64,000 nt of DNA from Candidatus Bathyarchaeia archaeon (GTDB taxonomy: Archaea > Thermoproteota > Bathyarchaeia > Bathyarchaeales > Bathycorpusculaceae), in assembly GCA_049970895.1 (NCBI GenBank), contig JBMFMB010000001.1:64001-128000 (forward strand), read 5' to 3'. The notes beneath the pieces were generated by a model. The model had not been told where the DNA came from. It was given only the letters and a program-made list of their open reading frames with translations, and made no database searches. Numbering within the stretch: position 1 is the stretch's first letter; each line of letters starts with the position of its first letter. The translations under genes were made by a program, and so were the position numbers. This document shows, one piece after another, positions 37,034 through 47,084 of this stretch.

Positions 37034-38863
37034 CTAAAAAGTGTCTATATTACCCCTTTCCGTGACAATTTTAACCGTGAAGTTGCCGGCTGGCGAGTTT
37101 ATATTCACTCTTATGTAGGTTTCGCTTTCTCCAGAGTTTATGAAGAAGTCCACGTCATAATGCATGTGATGGGTTGCGTTAATAATCCATAGAGAGACTA
37201 TGTGGGCTGTTGCGGCTCCGCTGTTCTTTATGTCTAGGCGTATGCCATCAACGATAACGCGCACACCAATAAAGTCTAATTGCACAAGCGTTTGGTTTTC
37301 GCTTGTGCCTTTATCACAGAACATTATCTGGATGGCGCCGTCACCGCGTATGTATCGCGTCCAATTTTCGGTTATGCTTATGGCGTAATTATTCCATTCA
37401 TTAGGTACTGGCTGGTTCCCCACAGTGATGTTAAAGCCCACGTCGCTGAAACCCTCAGAAGCCCAATCATACGCCTTTATAAACCAGCGTTCAAATGCCT
37501 CTGAAACGTTGTATCTAACAAATATTTCGACGCCATACACGTAGTCCAGCGGATATTTTGACAGGTCTATTGCGAAAAAGTTGGATATTTCAAGCCTATA
37601 AATGTTTGATAAGGTTGCCTTGAGCTCTATCCAGTCAACTTTGAGGATGAATGGTGCTGCTGTTGCCTTTGTTCCAGTTATTTTCATCTTCCAATTGCCC
37701 TCTGCATTCTTGAAAGCCATAGGATTGGCGGATATTAATTGTGTTATGTTGGTTTCTTCTGTTCCAATTGTGCGGCTTTCGTATCCATCTCCGCTTATTG
37801 GATATCCGCCAGTTTGCCAATTATAAAGTTGGAAAGTCACCGTTACATTGTCTACATTACAACAAGTGTTAACAGTCCATGTTAGGTTCATCCAAATATA
37901 CGTGTCTGATACTCCTCCAAACTCGGCTTCAACGGTTTCTTCGGAGGCTGGTTTAAAGGTGCAGTAAATACAGTACGCCCTCGACTCATGAATGGGATTT
38001 GTTAACGTGTTTGGAAAGTTTCCCGAATATGGTTGACTTATGTAGTGCCCTTGATTCGGTTGTCCAGAAGTATAGCGCAAGTTCGCAAAGCCGCTGCCGG
38101 ATCGCGCCCAAGCAACAAGCAAGTATTCAGTGTTGGCTCTAAGCACTGGTTTTGGCGTATTAAAATTGAATGTCACCCAACCAGTGCTGACGGGGACTGT
38201 TATTTCTTCTGTTTGAGATATTAGGCTTAGATTGCTATGTAAGTAGATGGCGCATTTCATATTTTTGGAGCTAGAGGTTACGCTAACATATATTGTGATG
38301 CTTTGTGCTTCCCCATCTTTTGTTGGTGTGAAAACTGAACCAACAATAGTGTTTTCGGTGTTGCGATAAAGTGTTCCAGTGGCATTATTCCCAAAGATTT
38401 CAGTGGTGCTTGAAAATGCTGTTGGGTAGCTTTGGAACTGCATGTAAACACCGTCATCTGTTTTAAGGTCGGCTACTTCGCCAGAAACGAGCATTGTGGA
38501 ATCGCCTAAAGCATAGTTTGAAGGGTTATAATAGACTGATGGGAGTTCTTCCCTAAAAGTCTCGGGAAGGTCATCCGAGCTTCTTGTGTCCATATAGGAA
38601 CCGCTTATTCTTGTTCCTGTTGTTATTGTGAATTCTTTTTGGGCTGTAAACCATTGGGAGCGGGTTATGCGTTCAGCATTTTTTATGCTTATTGACTCGT
38701 GCATTCTTTCGATGTCTAGCTGGTTCATTTGGTAGCTCCATAGCACAACGTTGGCGACAATGACTGTTATTAGGATTAGGCTCAGCATCACGACTAGGAC
38801 GTTGCTTAAGCCCCGCTTGTTACTGCTTAGCCTTTTAAGGCGCCTTATAGTAGCCTCCAACAT
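37034..38863 (-). CDS. Large type IV pilin-like protein (putative adhesin/minor pilin)
   Basis: Class III signal peptide NKRG|LSNVLVVMLSLILI; C-terminal IKNSG...IVSLWI...KIVTERGN pilin-type sheet. Confidence 0.8.
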   Translation of the reverse strand: MLEATIRRLKRLSSNKRGLSNVLVVMLSLILITVIVANVVLWSYQMNQLDIERMHESISIKNAERITRSQWFTAQKEFTITTGTRISGSYMDTRSSDDLPETFREELPSVYYNPSNYALGDSTMLVSGEVADLKTDDGVYMQFQSYPTAFSSTTEIFGNNATGTLYRNTENTIVGSVFTPTKDGEAQSITIYVSVTSSSKNMKCAIYLHSNLSLISQTEEITVPVSTGWVTFNFNTPKPVLRANTEYLLVAWARSGSGFANLRYTSGQPNQGHYISQPYSGNFPNTLTNPIHESRAYCIYCTFKPASEETVEAEFGGVSDTYIWMNLTWTVNTCCNVDNVTVTFQLYNWQTGGYPISGDGYESRTIGTEETNITQLISANPMAFKNAEGNWKMKITGTKATAAPFILKVDWIELKATLSNIYRLEISNFFAIDLSKYPLDYVYGVEIFVRYNVSEAFERWFIKAYDWASEGFSDVGFNITVGNQPVPNEWNNYAISITENWTRYIRGDGAIQIMFCDKGTSENQTLVQLDFIGVRVIVDGIRLDIKNSGAATAHIVSLWIINATHHMHYDVDFFINSGESETYIRVNINSPAGNFTVKIVTERGNIDTF

Positions 38864-39266
38864 GGTTCCCCCTCGCTGTCACAACATCTAGATAGTATAG
38901 GCTGTTTGAAGCCCAACTGTAGGTTATGTTAAGCCAGCCGTGTTCGCCCAAATCCAACTCTATGGTCGGTGATGGATAGCGGGTACGGTTTATGTAAACA
39001 GCTGATATGCGTATTGGCACTTTTCCAACGTTGCGCATGTAGATGCTTATTTGGTGTGCCCCAGATGCAGTTGCATTGTTGAACCAGACGTCTTCTATGA
39101 TTAGGCGTTCCCCCATGGTTTCACGAAGGTTCGTTGTTATGACATATGTGGTGGCGGCGGCTATTGACATGGCGGCAACAGCGACAGCCATAAGAAGCAA
39201 GTTGCTCAGCACTGGGGTTATAGCCCGCTTGTCCACGAAAAATCTCAAAAGCCGCCGCTTGTTCAA
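38835..39266 (-). CDS. Archaeal type IV pilin
   Basis: Class III signal peptide DKRA|ITPVLSNLLL; ERLIIEDVWF, MRNVG, VVTARGN. Confidence 0.88.
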   Translation of the reverse strand: MNKRRLLRFFVDKRAITPVLSNLLLMAVAVAAMSIAAATTYVITTNLRETMGERLIIEDVWFNNATASGAHQISIYMRNVGKVPIRISAVYINRTRYPSPTIELDLGEHGWLNITYSWASNSLYYLDVVTARGNHVGGYYKAP

Positions 39267-39278
39267 CGCCCAATCACC

Positions 39279-40100
39279 TCATAGAAAGAGTTTTAGGGCT
39301 ATGTAGCCGCAAACCATCATCACTAGGCTATGCTTTAATCCAGCGCTTACTGTGCCTTCGCCCATCTTTCCAGCCACCAAACCGCCGAAAAATCCTTGAA
39401 TAGCCGTCATGTGCGAGAATAGGCGTTTTATCTCTGCTGGCGCCATAACGGCTGTTCCAAGCATAGGCAAGCCCTGTATTTCCACAAAGAAGGACTTGAA
39501 AAGCAGCACTATTGTGAATAGGAAAACGAAGAAAGCCACATAAATTATGGCAATATACGGCCTTGTTCTATTTTGGCGCTCCTTTCGAAGTATCAGCGTG
39601 GACTGCACAAACTTACCCATAGGGTCAAAGACCTTCTCCACATGCCCGCCTGAACGATTAGCCTCAATAATAAGCAGTATGGTTCTCTGAACAAGAACGG
39701 TGTTAACACGCTTGGCGAAGGCGATTAAAGCCTCTTCTAAGGTCATGCCCCAAGAGATTTGGGCGTTCATCCTCCGCAGCTCCGCCGTTAACGGTCCGAA
39801 ATCCCTTTTCGCCGCCTCCTCCAAGGCTCTTGGCAACGTCATACCAGTTTCTTGCGCCTGCACAATGCTTCTGAAGAGGTCTGGCAGATGCTCATCTATG
39901 GCTCTCTTCCACCTATAATCAATGTAGTTTATGATTGTGGGCGGAGTGAAAGCAGCAATAACAGCGAAAAACACAAACTCGTCGAATACTGCGGTGCCCC
40001 AAGCGACGAGAAAACCGAAAACCGTTATGGATATGGCTAGAATAGCCGAAGACACCCAAACGATTTGCTTAACTGATTTTCCCACTTTAGGCATATGCAT
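39279..40100 (-). CDS. Type IV pilus membrane platform protein (TadC/ArlJ-like, T2SS F domain)
   Basis: IDEHLPDLFR...ETGMTL...SWG, EANRSGG, GLVAGKMGEG. Confidence 0.9.
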   Translation of the reverse strand: MHMPKVGKSVKQIVWVSSAILAISITVFGFLVAWGTAVFDEFVFFAVIAAFTPPTIINYIDYRWKRAIDEHLPDLFRSIVQAQETGMTLPRALEEAAKRDFGPLTAELRRMNAQISWGMTLEEALIAFAKRVNTVLVQRTILLIIEANRSGGHVEKVFDPMGKFVQSTLILRKERQNRTRPYIAIIYVAFFVFLFTIVLLFKSFFVEIQGLPMLGTAVMAPAEIKRLFSHMTAIQGFFGGLVAGKMGEGTVSAGLKHSLVMMVCGYIALKLFL

Positions 40101-40101
40101 T

Positions 40102-41109
40102 CTACCATTTTGGCGAAACAGCATCCAATATTAGTAGGAACATTATTGAGCCCACAGGAATCCCGATGTAGGTTAAAATATTGAGTAAAAGGTCTGGACT
40201 CAAAAGTCCGAGACCGCCACCACCCAGCATAGCCATAACAGCAAGCATGATTATGAGAAGCAAAGGTCCAGTGACAAGTATTGCTACATAAAATTCTGAA
40301 AGCATGGATAATGTGTCTGAAAATTTGCGGAGGCTTATACGCTTCAATTTCATGTGCTGTTTTGACTTCTCTCTCAAATAGGCGGCGAGGTTGCTTCCAG
40401 AATGAATTGTTGAAATGAAGCCTTCAATTATCTCCCGAAACCTTTCAGAGGGCGTCCGCTTGGAGGCTTGTTCCAAAGCTGAAATTATGTCCAAACCGAA
40501 GAGGTTCACATCCCTAATAACGTTCTTCGCCTCCGCAGAAACCGCTAACGAAACTGGAAGATTTGAAAGCGAATAGAAAATCTTCTCTGGTGGGACACCA
40601 GCACTAGCTAAAATTGACATGTAACCAGTTGCGAAAGCCAACTCGTCTTCAAGTTCCCTCCGAAACTTGTCAGCCCGATAAACCGGGTAAATGTAAAATC
40701 CGATAATTGAAAAAGCGACAGCGAAAAGGCTTCCACCCAAACCGAAAAGAAGGGCTGGAAAAATGGACACGCCAAAAAGGAAGACTAGCAAGCATGGAAC
40801 TGCAATGAAAGTGGCAAGTGCAATTAGCATGGTTGAGAAGACTGTTAGGCTTATGTAAACCCTAAAACCAGTCTTAAGACTAGCCTTCTGCAAATGTAGG
40901 CTCAAATCTTCAAAAAGGGGCAAAACACGACCGATTTTTCTGCCAACCATCCTATAAGCAAACGATTGAAGTCTTCCAACCTTAAATTTCTCGCCTTCAC
41001 ATTCACTTGCGACTTTTTTGGAGTGAACTTTTGGACTAAGCCGATTTAGCTTTAAGAGAAAACCTTCATAAGCTCTTTTGAGGGCTTTAGTAATTTTTTG
41101 GCTTTTCAT
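40102..41109 (-). CDS. Type IV pilus membrane platform protein (TadC/ArlJ-like)
   Basis: ELAFATGYMSILASAG, FGLDIISAL, RTPSERF, SGSNL. Confidence 0.9.
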   Translation of the reverse strand: MKSQKITKALKRAYEGFLLKLNRLSPKVHSKKVASECEGEKFKVGRLQSFAYRMVGRKIGRVLPLFEDLSLHLQKASLKTGFRVYISLTVFSTMLIALATFIAVPCLLVFLFGVSIFPALLFGLGGSLFAVAFSIIGFYIYPVYRADKFRRELEDELAFATGYMSILASAGVPPEKIFYSLSNLPVSLAVSAEAKNVIRDVNLFGLDIISALEQASKRTPSERFREIIEGFISTIHSGSNLAAYLREKSKQHMKLKRISLRKFSDTLSMLSEFYVAILVTGPLLLIIMLAVMAMLGGGGLGLLSPDLLLNILTYIGIPVGSIMFLLILDAVSPKW

Positions 41110-42656
41110 CGCAGTTCCATCCTCGCCCTCTGATAAACACGTGATGGGTTAGCATAATACTCACGGATTACGTTGGCAACTTCAGTGTGCTTGCGAATGC
41201 CCTTCTTAACCATCCATTCCAAGACTGTTTTTCTGTATTGTAGCTCTCGCCTAACATCTTCCTCGCTTATGTCCAGCTTCCTCATGTGATCTTCGAGGAG
41301 GAAGCTATGTCCCAAAAACTCGAACTTGTCCTCGCTGGCCTTCCACTTGAAAACCTCCTCGGTTATAAGCTCTTTTGTTTTCGCGTCTAAACCAACAACT
41401 TCCGTCGCTGTAAGCGTTCTCCTCGCTGGTTTTCCCTCAATCTCGGTTCTAGCCATAACCATTATAACGTCAATCATGGCTATGAGCGGCCTTGGAATGT
41501 TCATGGGCTCTGATTCCAGACGGTTTATTACGGCTTCTACGGATTCGGCGTGGATTGTGCACATACTCAAGTGGCCCGTCGCCATGGCCTGAAAAAGCGT
41601 GTAGGCCTCTTCCCCGCGGATTTCACCCACAATAATGTAATCTGGCCTTTGGCGTACGGCAGCCTTTAAAAGGTCGAATAGTGTTATGCTTCCGCTTCCC
41701 CTTTCTTCATGTCCAAAACCAAGCCGGACAACCGACGGAACCCAGTTTTCATGGGGTAGGTTAAGCTCTTGTGTGTCTTCGACGCTAACTATTTTCATTT
41801 CTGGCTTTATGAACATGGATAGGCAATTCAGCATTGTTGTTTTGCCAGCGGCTATGCCACCAGCAACAAGCACTGAAGCCCTATTCTCTATAATGTACCA
41901 TAGGTACGCAGCCATGTCGGATGAAAGTGTGTTGAAAGCAATCAGGTCAGAGATGGTCAATGGATCGACGCGGAAGCGGCGAATAGTGAATGTTGAGCCT
42001 CTGCGGGTTATCTCATTTCCATAGGTTAATTGTATGCGGCTGCCATCTGGAAGGGAGGCGTCCAAAATTGGGGAGGCTATGGAAATGTTTTTCCCAGCTA
42101 AATATGCGAGGCGAATTATGAAGGAGTTTAGCTCCGCCTCATCATTGAAAATTATGTTTGTTGGGATAGACTCATACACGCGGTGCCAAACATAAATTGG
42201 TATGTTTACCCCGTCAGCCGAAATATCCTCAATAAAATGGTCCTTCATCAAGGGGTCTATCTTTCCATAACCGATGAAATCCCGTATTATGTAGTAGAGG
42301 AGTTTGTCAACAGATTCTGGCGGAACTTTGATGTAGTATTTCTTAATTATTTGGGCTGTTTTTTCCCTTAGGTATTTTTCTGCTTTTTCTTTGGTTTCTA
42401 TCTCCTTTAGGTTTACGTCTATCTCTTCCATTAGGAGGCTTTTTATCTCTTTTAGAAGGTTTTCGTCTTCTTTTTGTAGTGTTGGCTCTATCACTTCATA
42501 TCGGGTTTTCTGGGTTTCGGGGTCTTTCACTATGGCTGCATAAACGTATGGCTCTTGTATTGGGTAGACTTCTCTGAAGACAGCTGGTTTTTTGGCTTTT
42601 CCTTCGATTATTATGCCTACTTGCGGCTCTTCTTTGACTTTTTGGGTTTCGAGCAT
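41106..42656 (-). CDS. Type IV pilus assembly ATPase (VirB11/ArlI-like)
   Basis: IEDISADG, Walker A GGIAAGKTT, EDTQEL, RQRPDYIIVGEIRG, TGH...TIHA. Confidence 0.95.
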   Translation of the reverse strand: MLETQKVKEEPQVGIIIEGKAKKPAVFREVYPIQEPYVYAAIVKDPETQKTRYEVIEPTLQKEDENLLKEIKSLLMEEIDVNLKEIETKEKAEKYLREKTAQIIKKYYIKVPPESVDKLLYYIIRDFIGYGKIDPLMKDHFIEDISADGVNIPIYVWHRVYESIPTNIIFNDEAELNSFIIRLAYLAGKNISIASPILDASLPDGSRIQLTYGNEITRRGSTFTIRRFRVDPLTISDLIAFNTLSSDMAAYLWYIIENRASVLVAGGIAAGKTTMLNCLSMFIKPEMKIVSVEDTQELNLPHENWVPSVVRLGFGHEERGSGSITLFDLLKAAVRQRPDYIIVGEIRGEEAYTLFQAMATGHLSMCTIHAESVEAVINRLESEPMNIPRPLIAMIDVIMVMARTEIEGKPARRTLTATEVVGLDAKTKELITEEVFKWKASEDKFEFLGHSFLLEDHMRKLDISEEDVRRELQYRKTVLEWMVKKGIRKHTEVANVIREYYANPSRVYQRARMELR

Positions 42657-42796
42657 CTGGTTTTCCCTTTTGTAGCGTTTAGGGTGATGGGCTGTTTTCC
42701 AATTAGTATAATATCGCAAGTCTTAATAAGCTATATGCATGCTTAATCCTTAACAAACTTAACAAAAAAATCAGCAGAAAACGGCTACTACTGTCG

Positions 42797-42874
42797 CTAC
42801 TTGTATCGGGCTCTCCGCTTCTGCCTCTTCTTCTTCTGACGCTTCATCCTCTTCTTTTTCCATTTAGCCCGAAT
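42797..42874 (-). CDS. rpl41e: Ribosomal protein eL41 (eS32), apparent ATT start (not in ORF track)
   Basis: ATT-RAKWKKKRMKRQKKKRQKRRARYK-TAG is 25 codons, colinear with eukaryotic [25 protein letters not shown]; in-frame GTG at 42883 is an alternative start. Confidence 0.88.
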   Translation of the reverse strand: MRAKWKKKRMKRQKKKRQKRRARYK

Positions 42875-42899
42875 TTCCAGCACTCTCCCAATAAAGCAA

Positions 42900-43499
42900 C
42901 TATTCTATTGTGGCATGCCTACGCCTTAAATCTTCCTCAGTTGTCCCCATACGGTGCATAAGCTCCACAATAAGGCCGTCCAAGAAAACCATGCAGTTGT
43001 TCTCAAATATGCTCCCAAGCGGTGTTAGGGGCTCCCTCTCACCCATAAGCTGCCTAGCCAAATAATCCTCCTCCTTTGGCCAGCCAGCCTTAGTCCTGCC
43101 CTTAATTGTCACAACCAAGTCGGCTATCTGCCCCAGGGGAGACTCTGGGAAAGATGTTATTGCGACAACTGTTGCGCCAATCTCTTTTGCCGCCGCGCTG
43201 GCTGTTAAAACCATTTTTGTTGCGCCGGTCCCGGAAATGGCGATCAGCACGTCTCCTTTTTCCGCTGCCGGTGTTATTGTTTCGCCTAGGAAGTAGACGT
43301 TAAAGCCTAAATTCATTAGGCGCAGTGCGAAGGCTCTTCCTACGAAGCCGCTTCTTCCCATGCCTACAACAAATATTTTCTTGTTCTTTGCTCCCAGTAG
43401 TAGCTGGATGAAGCGTTCAACCTCTTTTGGGTTGAGCTCTTCAATGGAGCTCTTAATCCCTGAAATGATTTCTTCTGCCGCAGCCTTTAACCATTTCAA
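42900..43499 (-). CDS. hxlB: 6-phospho-3-hexuloisomerase (SIS domain)
   Basis: GMGRSG...FALRLMNLG...GETITP...ISGTG...PLGSIFE, HATIE terminus; probable TTG start at 43499. Confidence 0.9.
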   Translation of the reverse strand: MKWLKAAAEEIISGIKSSIEELNPKEVERFIQLLLGAKNKKIFVVGMGRSGFVGRAFALRLMNLGFNVYFLGETITPAAEKGDVLIAISGTGATKMVLTASAAAKEIGATVVAITSFPESPLGQIADLVVTIKGRTKAGWPKEEDYLARQLMGEREPLTPLGSIFENNCMVFLDGLIVELMHRMGTTEEDLRRRHATIE

Positions 43500-43554
43500 G
43501 TTTTCAAGCTCCGAGAAACCCTTTACACGAATGTCTGTGTTAAAAGTCTTGCGG

Positions 43555-44349
43555 TTAAATAGCACCCATCAAGATTTCTTCTAAACGTGGAATCCTAAAG
43601 TATATGCGAACAAGGACTGCGGCGGCTAAAATGCCAATAGTTATAAGCGTGAAAACATAGTCGCCTCTGCGGAGCTTTAAGACGTATAGGTTTGTGCGTT
43701 TTTTGGTTGCTCCCCATGCGCGGGATTCCATGGCTTCAGCGAGTTCGAGGCTTCTGCGGATGGCACTCACAATAAGCGGAATCAGTATGGGGATGTAGTT
43801 TCTAACTCTTTTTAGGAAGTTGCCCTTCTCAAGTTCCAAGCCCCTTGCCTTTTGGGCGTCCATGATGGTTTGGGCTTCCTCGGCTAGGACTGGAACGAAG
43901 CGCACAGCTGTTGTGAAGGCGAAGCAGAACTCGTAAGGCACGTGGGACTGTTCCAGTGCTAAGCCTAGATGGTCTGGCGAAGTTGTTAGGAAGAATATGG
44001 AGAAGGATTCAACGAGCACTATAAAGCGCAGTGTCATGGCTAAAGCGTGTTCCAAGGCTGATGGTGTAACCACATAGCCAGCACTTATGAAGGAAAAAAT
44101 GAAGTTGACAAAGAATATTACAGATGCTAGGAAGGCTGCACCCCTCATGGAGCGAGCCCACTCGCGTTTAACTCCGGCAACAATAACGAAGGGTATCTGC
44201 ATCAGAAAAAGCACGATGAGGGGTAGCAACTCCCAGAAAAGTATGGCTACAACAAAAATCACACACGCATAAACGAATTTTATCCTCGGGTCGAGTTTGT
44301 GGACGGGGGAGCTAACCTTTCTGAAGCGTAGTCCATCAAAGAAGCTCAT
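43555..44349 (-). CDS. ecfT: ECF transporter T component
   Basis: HKLDPRIK, RFVP, AQKARG, AMESRA. Confidence 0.93.
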   Translation of the reverse strand: MSFFDGLRFRKVSSPVHKLDPRIKFVYACVIFVVAILFWELLPLIVLFLMQIPFVIVAGVKREWARSMRGAAFLASVIFFVNFIFSFISAGYVVTPSALEHALAMTLRFIVLVESFSIFFLTTSPDHLGLALEQSHVPYEFCFAFTTAVRFVPVLAEEAQTIMDAQKARGLELEKGNFLKRVRNYIPILIPLIVSAIRRSLELAEAMESRAWGATKKRTNLYVLKLRRGDYVFTLITIGILAAAVLVRIYFRIPRLEEILMGAI

Positions 44350-45173
44350 GCCCTTTGCCTCCCTTTGAATGCTTTAAGCAGAATTTCTCCGGCTTCGTAA
44401 ACGTCTATGACATTTTTTGGGAAGCCCAAGTCTGATAGGTTTATGAAGATTTGAGCTATTTGTGGTGGCACTATGGAGGCTTGCTCAAGTATTTCTGGGT
44501 CTGTGAGGATTTTTCTGGCTTCTCCATCAGCCACTATTTTTCCGCCACGCATGAGCACAACCCTAGGGTTGCATTCAGCCACAAACTCCACGTCATGAGT
44601 CACTATGACAACTGTTTTTCCTTGAGCCTTCATCTGCAAAATGAACTGGCGAAGCTTCTCCTTCTGCTGATAATCCTGCCCAATGGTGGGCTCGTCTAAA
44701 ATCAGTATTTTTGGGTCCCATGCCAGCACAGAAGCCAGTGCCACCCGTTTTCTCTCGCCTCCACTGAGCATGAAGGGTGAAGTTTTCCGATACTGTGTCA
44801 AGCCAAGAAGGTTTAGTGCCCACTCCACCCGCTTTTCTATAACTTCTTGGCTGAAGCCGAAGTTTTTTAGGGCGAAGGCTATCTCCTCCTCAACGGTTTC
44901 GCTGAAAAGCTGGTGGTCCGGGTTTTGAAAGACAAAGCCAACGGTTCTTGCCAGCGTTGCCACACTCACTTTTGTTGTTTCCACACCGTTAACAAGCACC
45001 TTCCCCTTGGTCGGCTTCAGTAGTCCATTAAAATGCTTCACAAGGGTTGTTTTTCCAGCCCCGTTTTCACCCATTATGGCTACAAATTCCCCATCCTGAA
45101 TGGTTAGGGAAACCCCCTTCAGCGCCTCCACACCAGTTGGATATCTGAAGTAAACGTCTTGAACCTCAATCAT
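44346..45173 (-). CDS. ecfA2: ECF transporter ATPase A2
   Basis: GENGAGKTT, FQNPDHQ, LSGGE, LDEPT. Confidence 0.92.
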   Translation of the reverse strand: MIEVQDVYFRYPTGVEALKGVSLTIQDGEFVAIMGENGAGKTTLVKHFNGLLKPTKGKVLVNGVETTKVSVATLARTVGFVFQNPDHQLFSETVEEEIAFALKNFGFSQEVIEKRVEWALNLLGLTQYRKTSPFMLSGGERKRVALASVLAWDPKILILDEPTIGQDYQQKEKLRQFILQMKAQGKTVVIVTHDVEFVAECNPRVVLMRGGKIVADGEARKILTDPEILEQASIVPPQIAQIFINLSDLGFPKNVIDVYEAGEILLKAFKGRQRA

Positions 45174-46021
45174 AGGCGTTTAAGCGCCTCCCTCAATTTT
45201 TCAGCCATCTCCTCAGAGGACAATGGGACCCTTCCGCCCAGCTTTATTCCGCCGCTTTTCAAGATTTTGTAGAGGCGTGTCGCCTTTGGAACCCCAACAC
45301 CGATTAGGCGGGCTTCCTCTGAGCCCAGAATTTCATGGGGCTCCCCGTCCAAAACCACTTTGCCCTCGTCCATTATTATGATGTGGTCTGCATATTTGGC
45401 TGTCAAATCCAGCCTATGCTCAACAAGCACTATGGTTATTCCAAGCTTGCGGTTCAGCTCATAAATAACCTCAAAAATTTTCTTGGCGCCTAAAGGGTCG
45501 AGGAAGGATGTGGGCTCGTCTAGGACTATAACTTCTGGTTGCATGGCTAAAACCGATGCAATGGCAACCCGTTGCTGCTGTCCGCCAGAAAGCTCTAAAG
45601 GTGTTCGCTCCCTCAACTCGTAAATCCCAGTAAGCTTAAGCGCCCAGTCCACCCTTTTGCGGATTTCCTCCCTTGGCACACCAAGGTTTTCGAGTCCAAA
45701 GGCTACGTCCTTCTCCACGGATAGGGCGAATAGCTGGTTTTCTGGATTTTGAAAGACCAAGCCCACGTGGGTTGCAAGCTCATAGGTTTGATGTTCTTGA
45801 ACTCTTAAACCTGCAACGATTACTTCGCCTTTCAACTCGCCTTGGTAAAAGTGAGGAATCAACCCATTAAAGCATCTGCATAAGGTTGTTTTTCCACAAC
45901 CGCTTGGACCAGTTATTAGTACGAATTCACCCCTCTCAATTTTTATGGAAACATCGCTAATTGAAGGCTTTGTGGCGCCCGGGTAAGTATACGTGAGATT
46001 TTTTGTTTCAATTATCGCCAT
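45170..46021 (-). CDS. ecfA1: ECF transporter ATPase A1
   Basis: GPSGCGKTT, FQNPENQ, LSGGQQQR, LDEPT. Confidence 0.92.
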   Translation of the reverse strand: MAIIETKNLTYTYPGATKPSISDVSIKIERGEFVLITGPSGCGKTTLCRCFNGLIPHFYQGELKGEVIVAGLRVQEHQTYELATHVGLVFQNPENQLFALSVEKDVAFGLENLGVPREEIRKRVDWALKLTGIYELRERTPLELSGGQQQRVAIASVLAMQPEVIVLDEPTSFLDPLGAKKIFEVIYELNRKLGITIVLVEHRLDLTAKYADHIIIMDEGKVVLDGEPHEILGSEEARLIGVGVPKATRLYKILKSGGIKLGGRVPLSSEEMAEKLREALKRL

Positions 46022-46076
46022 GCTTGGTTTTTCCACCAAATCTTAAGCCAAAAACTTACCATTTAAGAGTAACTAC

Positions 46077-47084
46077 CTAAATTTGAGTCTTCATCTGTTG
46101 TGTTATCTTTTCCCTTAAAAGCTTCAAACAACGTTTAAGCCCAACCTCCAGCTCCCCAAAACCATTCACGCCAGCAGCTGTCGAGTGCCCCCCACCCATA
46201 CCGTTAAGGTATTCGCCTAAGGGTTTGGCTATATCCCTCCCAAGGTGAATGCCGGTCTTCTCATGAAAATCTTTTGTGCAGCGGAGGCTTATCTCCAAAC
46301 TATCATTTTTCTGCCCACCCACAACAGCCACATGAGCCCCAAGGTCTATTATGGCTCTGGCAGCCGAAGCCTGAAAAGCACTAACATGGGACAAGGCGAT
46401 TATCCAGTCGCCAATCTTGAAGAGCTTAGCCCTTTTACAAGCTTTAAGCCTTGCAACCCTTTCCGAAAAATCCATGGGCAAAGACAAAATCGCCAGCGCT
46501 TCTTGGGCATTCACCCCAGTATCTATCAGTTCAGCTATGGCTTTTAATGTTGAAGAGTTAGCTAAAACAAAGTGGCGGGTGTCAAAGGCTATGCCGAGAA
46601 AAAGCGCCTTCGCCTCATCCTCCTCAATTTTCACGCCCAACTGCTTGTAAAAGTTGTAAACTATTTCGCATGTTGAGGAAACACTCTCATCAGTGATGCA
46701 AAGCCTCGCCATCTTCTCTGTTTCTGGGTGAGCCGCGTGATGGTCAATAACAATTATGGGTGCCTTTGAAGCTTTCACCTTGTCTGCAAGGTTGTTCAAC
46801 TGCTGAATGGTGTTCGTGTCCAAAAGCATTATCAAATCAGCCCCCTCCACATTGGGCTGGTCTTTCACATCAATTGGCAAATGCTTTAGAATGTGCTTTG
46901 AAAGGCGGCTTATTCCTTGGGCTGCCCCAATCTCAACGCTTACTTGTGGCTTACACCTTTTAATTAGGCTTGCCATGGCATAAGCGGAGCATATGGCGTC
47001 TGGGTCAGCATTATGATGGCATAGTAAGACTATGTGCTGGACATTCACCTCATCCATTATTTTGGTTATTTCTGCAAACGACAC
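46077..47084 (-). CDS. DHH/DHHA1 phosphoesterase
   Basis: HHNADPD, IDHH, DTRHF, GGGHSTAAG. Confidence 0.92.
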   Translation of the reverse strand: MSFAEITKIMDEVNVQHIVLLCHHNADPDAICSAYAMASLIKRCKPQVSVEIGAAQGISRLSKHILKHLPIDVKDQPNVEGADLIMLLDTNTIQQLNNLADKVKASKAPIIVIDHHAAHPETEKMARLCITDESVSSTCEIVYNFYKQLGVKIEEDEAKALFLGIAFDTRHFVLANSSTLKAIAELIDTGVNAQEALAILSLPMDFSERVARLKACKRAKLFKIGDWIIALSHVSAFQASAARAIIDLGAHVAVVGGQKNDSLEISLRCTKDFHEKTGIHLGRDIAKPLGEYLNGMGGGHSTAAGVNGFGELEVGLKRCLKLLREKITQQMKTQI

